NCBI GenBank assembly: GCA_001777665.1
Contig: MFEQ01000003.1
Span: 11,258-75,257, forward strand
Direction: 5' to 3'
Length of the DNA stretch: 64,000 bases
Origin: Candidatus Doudnabacteria bacterium RIFCSPHIGHO2_02_FULL_42_25
GTDB taxonomy: Bacteria; Patescibacteriota; Doudnabacteria; UBA920; O2-02-FULL-48-8
Shown: one piece after another, positions 57,150 through 64,000 of the stretch
Numbering within the stretch: the stretch's first letter is position 1
Layout of the letters: every line of letters begins with the position of its first letter
Position numbers and translations under genes: made by a program
The notes under the pieces: generated by a model
Database searches by the model: none
What the model was told of the DNA's origin: nothing
What the model saw: only the letters and a program-made list of their open reading frames with translations

Positions 57150-58181
57150 TCAGTGATGATGACTCGTGGACTTCATGGACCCCGCTAGAATGACAAGGCC
57201 TACCAGAAGAAGCAAAATCGGATGCTCTTCGAAGTAGTTTGTCCCTCGCGAGATCCAGCCTTCGGAGCTTTGATCTTCTTCAGGTTTGAGATCAGCCTTG
57301 ATCTCCTGGATCGCTTCCAGTTGCTGTTCGTCTTCAGCCGTCCAGGAATGACCGACTGGATCAAGTTTGTACTCGCGCTGTTTATTCAGCAGCTGGAGTT
57401 CTTGCTTGTCCACCCGTTCACGCCAGTACCGGTCGACGCCTTCCTTGGTTTCGATACTCTTCGCAGTCTGACGCTTTTCTGTCTGACTGTAGTGATACTT
57501 CGCCATGAGGTAGTCGTATGTTCCCGGTGCGATGGTCCGTACGGTCATTGGTCCCAGAAGGAACAGCGCGTATACGGTAACTGCGTATCCGAGCCGTCGC
57601 CGCCATTTCTTGATGTCGACGAAGTCCTCTGTAGCGACGAAGAAGAGGATCATCGTTGTGATCATCACCGTTGCGGAGAACCAGTCGTTCTCCCACACCG
57701 GGAAGATCCCACACACCATCAGGAAGACTTCCGACCACATGAAGATGGTCGAAATCAGATGGAACGCGATTCCACTGATGTACTTCTCGTGCCACAGGAC
57801 TTCCTGACTGCCTGCGTGCACTTCAGCGTGTACTTCCGGAGGCTGACCCACGATGTTGCGGAGCCAGTTCGGAATTACTTCGTTTACTCGACGCCATATC
57901 CCAATAAAGAGATCGACGCCGAGGAGAGGAACCGCGATCTTGCGCGAGACGTAGAGGTAAATCAGGTACCCGGTGAAAATTCCAATGCGGGCCGGGGTAT
58001 TACTCCCCAGGACCCGAGTGGCTGCTGCGAACACCACGATGTTCGCGATCATCAGGATCACGGCGATTTGCACGTCGCGAACCTGATCGCCGAACCAAAC
58101 CCTGAACTCGGTCATTCGGAGCCGGCCAATTCGCGCCCGCTCCTGAAGGTTCTCCCACAGTGCTTCGAACATCTCGAACAT
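57150..58181 (-). CDS. GC-rich polytopic membrane hypothetical protein
   Basis: About 6-7 hydrophobic segments plus a coiled region. Confidence 0.75.
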   Translation of the reverse strand: MFEMFEALWENLQERARIGRLRMTEFRVWFGDQVRDVQIAVILMIANIVVFAAATRVLGSNTPARIGIFTGYLIYLYVSRKIAVPLLGVDLFIGIWRRVNEVIPNWLRNIVGQPPEVHAEVHAGSQEVLWHEKYISGIAFHLISTIFMWSEVFLMVCGIFPVWENDWFSATVMITTMILFFVATEDFVDIKKWRRRLGYAVTVYALFLLGPMTVRTIAPGTYDYLMAKYHYSQTEKRQTAKSIETKEGVDRYWRERVDKQELQLLNKQREYKLDPVGHSWTAEDEQQLEAIQEIKADLKPEEDQSSEGWISRGTNYFEEHPILLLLVGLVILAGSMKSTSHHH

Positions 58182-58199
58182 TGCAGTAATCCTCTTAGG

Positions 58200-59084
58200 T
58201 TAACGGGAACGAATCCCGAAGTTGAAGTGAAAGCGCCGACGCGGCCGCTTGAGTTTCGTGACCTTGGTCACCCGATCCGTCTTCGCCGCTTCATGTACCC
58301 GGACTATCTCGACCTGGCTGTCAATGCGGTGTCTGCAGAGATCGTATTGACGCTTCTCCGCTCGCTCTTCACGCCGCAGTGCCCGCCATTCGCGGAATCG
58401 AGCCCAGCGCTGCTCCCACCAATTACTCAGTGAAGTCATGAGGTTGCGGTTGGCTCTGTGCTGTTTTGCAGCCAATTTTTGTTCGAGACCTTCCCGAACT
58501 CCACGCAGTCGCAGCGTGTCCTGTCGAACGCTCTGGGTAGCCTCGGTCAGTGCTTTCTGACCGTCTTTCTGGAGCCACTTCAGGAACGTCTGCCACGTCG
58601 TCTCCACTTTTGACTGATCGAGGTTCATGACATGCGCCCAGCGATCCCATTCGTCATCTGTCATGCGAGCATCCTTCTCGAGAGTATTCGCGATTTTCTC
58701 GGGAGTATCTTGCATGACAGTAATCCGATACCAGTCAGACTGCTCCGATGTGAGCTTAGCGAGGCGTTTCGACAACCTGGTGCGGTCGTTGTCTTCGAGG
58801 AGGTTCCTTGCGTCGTTGAAGCGTCGCTCGTCCTCGCTCTTCACGCCCCAGATCCGCAGCCCGATGTAGTCCGCTGCGGTTGCACTGATCTTTTCGCCGG
58901 TTTTCTCGGCGAAAGATCCGAGGAGCTTGTTTAGAATCGAAACGCCGCTCGCGGCCAGGAGCTTGACTATTGACGCGACGCCGATCGCGGAGGTGGCCGT
59001 ACCGAGGTGCTTCAGGAACTCGAATCCGTCGGCGCCTCCATGGTCCTTCGGTTTTTCTTGCGGTGTGTCTGCCATCTGTCTCAT
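58200..59084 (-). CDS. GC-rich helical hypothetical protein
   Basis: ATGA overlap with the upstream gene; amphipathic N-terminus, Arg-rich C-terminus. Confidence 0.75.
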   Translation of the reverse strand: MRQMADTPQEKPKDHGGADGFEFLKHLGTATSAIGVASIVKLLAASGVSILNKLLGSFAEKTGEKISATAADYIGLRIWGVKSEDERRFNDARNLLEDNDRTRLSKRLAKLTSEQSDWYRITVMQDTPEKIANTLEKDARMTDDEWDRWAHVMNLDQSKVETTWQTFLKWLQKDGQKALTEATQSVRQDTLRLRGVREGLEQKLAAKQHRANRNLMTSLSNWWEQRWARFREWRALRREERAEKRQYDLCRHRIDSQVEIVRVHEAAKTDRVTKVTKLKRPRRRFHFNFGIRSR

Positions 59085-59836
59085 GCCTCTTTGAGTAAAG
59101 TCTTCTTCACCAGCTCGTTGCTCTCCTCGTGGAGGAAAGAGCAGTACGCATCAGCTGTCAGGAGCTGGATATGAAGAGTGAGTTTGCCGTTGTCGAGAGT
59201 TTCGAACCCTTTTTCGCCGTCATACACCTCGTCATATCCACGCACCTTGAATTTCTGACCGGCGTTGATAGACACCGTCCCTTGCTCTGGCTTGCCGGTC
59301 TCGTCCTTACAAATGAACGTGACCGGATTCCAGTTGTCCAGGGACAGAGGATGGGGGATGACTTCGAATCGCTTCTTGTCGTCCTTCTTCGTCGTCGGTT
59401 CCGCCACGGGAGTGAACTTGCCCGTCGTGGGCAGAGGTTTGGTATCCTCCCAGCTGTAGACGCCGTGCACGGCAGTGATGTGCGTGAACTTCTCGTGTGC
59501 TGTCGTCAACGGGAATTTTCCCGCTGCGATGCCGCGCTCGTCGGTTTCGAGCACCCAGACACTCTTGCTCCCATCAGCTGCAGTCTTCTCGATCTGCTTC
59601 TGACGTTTCTGGGTATCGGCACCGAGCCAGAACCAGAGTTGTTCGCCTTTGATGGCTTTGCCGTCCTTCGTGATTCTGACAGAGAGTTCGACTGCTTCGC
59701 GCTTACCTCCGCACTCGAATTCGTACTTGAAGACGGGTGCCTTCGGTCGCTTGTCCTGTTGCTTCCCGCGATCTTGCTGACCGCGGTTTCTGTTCTGATC
59801 GCGCTGTCCTCCAGTGCGACCTTGGTCTCTTGCCAT
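59081..59836 (-). CDS. GC-rich hypothetical protein (disordered R/Q N-terminus, beta-rich body)
   Basis: AAGGAG SD; first gene after a ~175-nt leader. Confidence 0.75.
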   Translation of the reverse strand: MARDQGRTGGQRDQNRNRGQQDRGKQQDKRPKAPVFKYEFECGGKREAVELSVRITKDGKAIKGEQLWFWLGADTQKRQKQIEKTAADGSKSVWVLETDERGIAAGKFPLTTAHEKFTHITAVHGVYSWEDTKPLPTTGKFTPVAEPTTKKDDKKRFEVIPHPLSLDNWNPVTFICKDETGKPEQGTVSINAGQKFKVRGYDEVYDGEKGFETLDNGKLTLHIQLLTADAYCSFLHEESNELVKKTLLKEA

Positions 59837-60154
59837 GTCTGCTCCTTCCGCATTTAGCGGGAATTTGATGTTGATTTTTCTGTGAGACTACCTGATACCA
59901 ACCACACTTTCGTGTAGCCGATCTCAAACAATCTCGTGTACAAACCTAGGTTGTCAAAGGACTCTCATGTCCAAATGCCATATATGTGGCGGGCAGACAT
60001 GATTAACGTCAAATGATAGCAGATTTTGGCCATTTTGTCAATAGTTAGCGTTATCTGAAAGGTTGACAAAATGGGCTGTTTTTGCTACTATTTGGGGTCG
60101 CAAGTTGGGAATGAGCCTGACTGCGCGTTCGTCCACAAATCACAGGGGGAAATA

Positions 60155-61585
60155 ATGCTGCCAACTCGAATTAAGGTTCTCTGGTTGACGGCGGCGGAAA
60201 TTATAGCGATGGCCGCAGGAAAACCCTCTGGGGTTTTCTGGGGTGTAGTCACTCACACTTCGCCACACCTCGACGAACTATGGGGCGTATTCCAACTTCG
60301 GCACTGGGGAGAACATCGATTCCCCGGAATCTGTAGTCCGGATTTCGTGCTCGTGCTCCTCATGGATCCGGATAGCATCACTTGGCAAGAACTCTCTGCG
60401 CTCGGTCTCATTCCCGTCGGTATCGGGGGAAAAGAAAATCCCTTCGATGAGCATGGTCTCGTAGACGAAGATGGCGAACGAGTCGAGACTTGCGCTGCGA
60501 TGTTAATCGAGCGTGGTCACCGGCCTCGGTATAAGAAAGACCCGGGTGGTTACAAGGCCTGGTTTCAGGATGCAATGAAACGCGGACTGGATCTTCTCAA
60601 TCGCGTGAAGTTCTTCCGGAGACTCTATCCGAACGCCCAGGTTTACATCCATGCCATCGACACAATCACCAAGTACGTCCGACAGGGTGATCTCAATCGG
60701 ACCGAAGACAAGCACGCGGCCGGCAATGACGTGAAGGACCGATGGTCCGTATACGAGGACTTGGCGCGTAAGAAGCTTCGTCTACCGAAGGACATGACTC
60801 CGCTGGCGGAATTTATTCCAAAGGACGAGCGAGAAGCCTTAAACGTCCTTGGAACACGCGTCGTCAATGACACATTCAGGGACCTTTGGCTTTACTTGGC
60901 TCGGGGAATATCGTTCGCAGATTGCATTCGCCGAGTTAAGGACAACCCCCCGGAGAAGCGCAAGTTCTACATCGAAGGTATCAAGCCTCCGATGTGGCTG
61001 AAGATTATTCGGGAGCATCATCCGCTTGCGAATTTGCGTGAAGTTCCTCCCGTGCTTCGACATCTCGGTGCGGACTGGACATATAAGCGGAACGCCTCGG
61101 GCCACATCCACATCGGCTTCCCCGACTACGTCATTAAGATCGTCGAGGAAGACGAGATTGACTCGGAAATGACGACGACAGAAGAGGAGTACGTTAGTCG
61201 GACACGCATCAAGGTCAAGTTCTTCATCCAGAACGTTCTCCGGGCCTTGCGACGTCTGGAGAAAGTTAAGTTCGGGAAGAATTGGACTGAAGAAGAAATG
61301 GGACGACCTCAGCTCGAAGGTTCGCTGTTTTCGACACCGAACCTAGAGGCTGGATTCATCCTGTGGGGTTCGACTTTCGCCGGGCAAGGAACCATAGCTT
61401 GTCCGTTTGAAGATGATGATCTGATCCAGCTCCTCATCGACAACATCGAGGGCGAGATCGTCGAGTCGCGCGAACTCCATCACGCCAAGAAACTCGCAAG
61501 GGAGGAGGACGAAGTAAGGCAGCAGATCGCGATAACCGCAGTGACTTCACTGGCAGATATGCCAGTGGACGTAACTGTCGGCTAA
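60155..61585 (+). CDS. GC-rich protein with MYG1/DHH-like phosphoesterase N-terminal motifs
   Basis: VVTHTSPHLDE..GIGG..FDEH..CAAMLI; SD AGGGGG before 60155. Confidence 0.55.
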   Translation: MLPTRIKVLWLTAAEIIAMAAGKPSGVFWGVVTHTSPHLDELWGVFQLRHWGEHRFPGICSPDFVLVLLMDPDSITWQELSALGLIPVGIGGKENPFDEHGLVDEDGERVETCAAMLIERGHRPRYKKDPGGYKAWFQDAMKRGLDLLNRVKFFRRLYPNAQVYIHAIDTITKYVRQGDLNRTEDKHAAGNDVKDRWSVYEDLARKKLRLPKDMTPLAEFIPKDEREALNVLGTRVVNDTFRDLWLYLARGISFADCIRRVKDNPPEKRKFYIEGIKPPMWLKIIREHHPLANLREVPPVLRHLGADWTYKRNASGHIHIGFPDYVIKIVEEDEIDSEMTTTEEEYVSRTRIKVKFFIQNVLRALRRLEKVKFGKNWTEEEMGRPQLEGSLFSTPNLEAGFILWGSTFAGQGTIACPFEDDDLIQLLIDNIEGEIVESRELHHAKKLAREEDEVRQQIAITAVTSLADMPVDVTVG

Positions 61586-61675
61586 GTCGATGGCCCGAGA
61601 TTCTGTTTCCCCGCAAGGGAGCAGTTCTCGGGCCTCGTTTTTATATATTGGATATTTTGATACAATACCTTACAT

Positions 61676-61762
61676 GCCGGGGTGGCGAAACTGGCAGACG
61701 CATCAGCTTTAGGAGCTGACGGAAGAAATTCCATGCAGGTTCAATTCCTGTCCCCGGCACCA
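61676..61762 (+). tRNA. tRNA-Leu(TAG)
   Basis: TCAGC-TTTAGGA-GCTGA; variable arm; CCA. Confidence 0.95.
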
Positions 61763-61852
61763 CTGCTTCGCTCCTAATCGGAGCTTCGCAGTGCAAGCAC
61801 GTTCTTGCATTGGGAGCGAAGCAGTGTCCTCCGAAGCTTTAGCGAAGGAGGG
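61763..61852. repeat. Compound palindromic repeat (CCGAAGCT..AGCGAAGG family)
   Basis: CTGCTTCGCTCC/GGAGCGAAGCAG stem plus CCGAAGCTTTAGCGAAGG shared with 1569-1598. Confidence 0.7.
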
Positions 61853-61929
61853 CATTATTGGTCAAGTTCACTGGTTGACATAAACAGCGCTTTCTCGTAA
61901 AATTTATAGGCATTAGGAAAGAATAAACT

Positions 61930-63825
61930 ATGAACAAGTTCTTCAGAAATCTATTTATAATTCTCGCGATCTTTTTAGTGGTTTCGGGAATTTTCATGTT
62001 ATTTAGTGGGGAAAAAGAGCCACAAAACGAAGTGACCTTGGGCAAATTGGCTGATGAAGTCATAGCGTCCCAAGTTAGTAAAATCGAAGTTGCTGACAAT
62101 AACCTGACCATTTATCTGAAAGATGGAACCAAGCAAGTTTCCACGAAAGAGCAGGAAGCCGCCTTGTCTGATACTTTGAGGAATAATTATTCAGTGGATC
62201 CCGCCAAAATCAAAGAAGCGAACATTGTTTCTGTGGACTCTGGTTCGTCTTCGATTTTTGTCTCGACGATTTTACCATTTGTCATTCCATTTTTGTTTAT
62301 TGCCGCTTTCATTTGGTTCCTTATGCGACAAGTTCAGGGTTCGAACAACCGAGCAATGTCGTTTGGCCAATCCGGAGCCAAACTCATGGAGCAGTCTGAT
62401 CGGCGCAAGCGAATAACGTTTGGAGATGTAGCTGGGATTAAAGAAGCAAAAGAAGAATTAAAAGAAATTGTGGAATTTTTACGATTTCCTCAAAAGTTTT
62501 TCTCTTTGGGTGCCAGGATTCCGAAAGGAGTATTATTGCTGGGTCCACCAGGAGTGGGAAAAACATTAGTGGCTCGGGCTGTAGCTGGAGAAGCGAATGT
62601 TCCGTTTTTTCATATTTCTGGTTCCGAATTCGTCGAGATGTTTGTCGGAGTTGGTGCTTCTCGAGTCCGTGATCTATTTAAACGAGCCAAGAAAAATGCT
62701 CCTTGCATTATTTTTATAGATGAAATTGATGCAGTCGGACGACAGCGTGGAGCGGGGTTAGGTGGCTCCCACGATGAACGAGAACAAACATTAAACCAAA
62801 TTTTGGTAGAAATGGATGGATTTGAAAATGAAACTAATGTCATTGTCATTGCCGCCACCAACCGCCCAGATGTATTAGATCCAGCCTTACTCCGTCCGGG
62901 TAGGTTTGATCGTCAAGTAATTCTCGATCAACCAGATATTAATGACCGCGAAGCGATTCTCAAAATCCATGGAAAAAATAAGCCATGGGCGAAAGATGTA
63001 AATATTCGGAAAATTGCTGAACGAACCCCTGGATTTTCAGGGGCAGATTTGGCGAATTTGATAAACGAAGCTGCAATTTTGGCTGCACGCCGTAATCTCA
63101 AAGAAGTTACACAGTCAGAATTAACTCAGGCCATAGAAAAGGTCATGCTCGGTCCTGAACGCAAGAGCCATCTCTTAACCAAGAAAGAAAAAGAAATTGT
63201 GGCCTGGCACGAAGCGGGGCACGCTTTAGTTGCGACAGTGCTCGATCACGCTGATCCAGTTCACAAAGTCTCGATTGTTTCTCGGGGGCGCGCCGGAGGT
63301 TTTACGATGAAGTTACCGACCGAGGATAAGAACTTACACTCCAAATCAGAATTCTTAGCTGATATCGCGGTGTCATTGGGTGGGTATGCCACAGAGCAGA
63401 TGATTTTCAACGAATTAACCACTGGCGCTTCCAATGATTTGAAAGTCGCGACAGCTCTGGCCCGGAAACTGATTACTAGTTATGGTATGTCAGAAACTTT
63501 AGGCCCCATGACCTTTGGCGATACTCACGAAATGGTTTTTCTGGGACGGGAAATTTCCGAATCAAAAAATTATTCGGAAAAAGTTGCTGCGAAAATTGAC
63601 GAAGAAGTATCTGGAATTATCGAAAGAGCCCACCGCACCGCTACTGACATCCTCAAAAAGTATCGCAAACATCTCACTGCTATCGCTCACACTTTGATGA
63701 AACAAGAAACTCTGGAACGGGATGAGTTCGAAACTTTGGTTGCGGATATAATTCCCAAACATAAGATTGGGAAAAAAGAAGAAATTTCATTACCGTCAGA
63801 TATTACCGCCACGGCCACAGCTTAA
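61930..63825 (+). CDS. ftsH: ATP-dependent zinc metalloprotease FtsH
   Basis: Two TM helices, [21 protein letters not shown]. Confidence 0.97.
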   Translation: MNKFFRNLFIILAIFLVVSGIFMLFSGEKEPQNEVTLGKLADEVIASQVSKIEVADNNLTIYLKDGTKQVSTKEQEAALSDTLRNNYSVDPAKIKEANIVSVDSGSSSIFVSTILPFVIPFLFIAAFIWFLMRQVQGSNNRAMSFGQSGAKLMEQSDRRKRITFGDVAGIKEAKEELKEIVEFLRFPQKFFSLGARIPKGVLLLGPPGVGKTLVARAVAGEANVPFFHISGSEFVEMFVGVGASRVRDLFKRAKKNAPCIIFIDEIDAVGRQRGAGLGGSHDEREQTLNQILVEMDGFENETNVIVIAATNRPDVLDPALLRPGRFDRQVILDQPDINDREAILKIHGKNKPWAKDVNIRKIAERTPGFSGADLANLINEAAILAARRNLKEVTQSELTQAIEKVMLGPERKSHLLTKKEKEIVAWHEAGHALVATVLDHADPVHKVSIVSRGRAGGFTMKLPTEDKNLHSKSEFLADIAVSLGGYATEQMIFNELTTGASNDLKVATALARKLITSYGMSETLGPMTFGDTHEMVFLGREISESKNYSEKVAAKIDEEVSGIIERAHRTATDILKKYRKHLTAIAHTLMKQETLERDEFETLVADIIPKHKIGKKEEISLPSDITATATA

Positions 63826-63828
63826 ATA

Positions 63829-64000
63829 ATGATTCCGTACGCTAAAATTTTTAGACAGGCTATTGAGATTACACGAAATAATAAATTCTTGTGGATCTTT
63901 GGCCCGCCCGCCATCGCAAGCCTGATTATAAGTCTTAAACTTGCTCAGGCGTTGCGGGCGGGCCTGTTTTTAAGTTTAGCGACGACATTTATCGTTCCAG
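63829..64000 (+). CDS. Membrane protein, 5' part (runs off the window) with an in-frame palindromic insert
   Basis: MIPYAKIFRQAIEITRNNKFLWIFG.. open to the window end. Confidence 0.6.
   Translation, partial: MIPYAKIFRQAIEITRNNKFLWIFGPPAIASLIISLKLAQALRAGLFLSLATTFIVP

Noticed and set aside
57222-58433. 403-aa plus-strand ORF (also 59129-59857 and 9887-10264)
   Set aside because: Antisense shadow frames of GC-rich genes; the opposite-strand ORFs have SD sites, coupling and promoters
54990-61762. Prophage or integrative element at tRNA-Leu(TAG)
   Set aside because: No integrase or phage genes; only a 7-nt CCCCGGC match near 55025, which is part of a terminator, so no credible att duplication
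1-64000. CRISPR array, cas genes, DGR or retron
   Set aside because: No regularly spaced direct repeats with unique spacers, and no Cas or reverse transcriptase motifs among the ORFs

Overview
Origin-proximal chromosomal segment of a reduced, roughly 40% GC (by eye) bacterium with many Patescibacteria/CPR hallmarks: TrbC/VirB2-like pilin array, tRNA-Ile(UAU), tRNA-flanking LAGLIDADG-like ORF, TrmB regulators and REP-like palindromes inserted in frame; TGA is a stop codon. Core genes include yidC (partial), jag, a class A PBP, tyrS, ruvC, yebC, gyrA, rpsA, murE, rnhB, infB, rbfA, nrnA, ftsK, rodZ-like, recA, lspA, comM, lexA, galU and ftsH. There are 14 tRNA genes, one of them (Phe) split by a group I intron that appears to lack P9. 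The strongest novel candidates are (1) a ~550-nt stand-alone, ornately paired ncRNA after recA with a consensus promoter, boxA-like leader, two predicted loop-docking pseudoknots and a terminator; (2) an orphan PemK/MazF-family gene faced by a separately promoted ~55-nt pseudoknot-like sRNA (candidate RNA antitoxin); (3) a parS cluster embedded in an O-antigen-ligase-like CDS; (4) ORF6N and RhuM genes with DNA palindromes inside their coding sequences and shared leader hairpins; (5) a GC-rich ORFan island between the pilin array and tRNA-Leu. No rRNA, CRISPR array, integrase or reverse transcriptase was seen. All calls were made by eye, without database searches.
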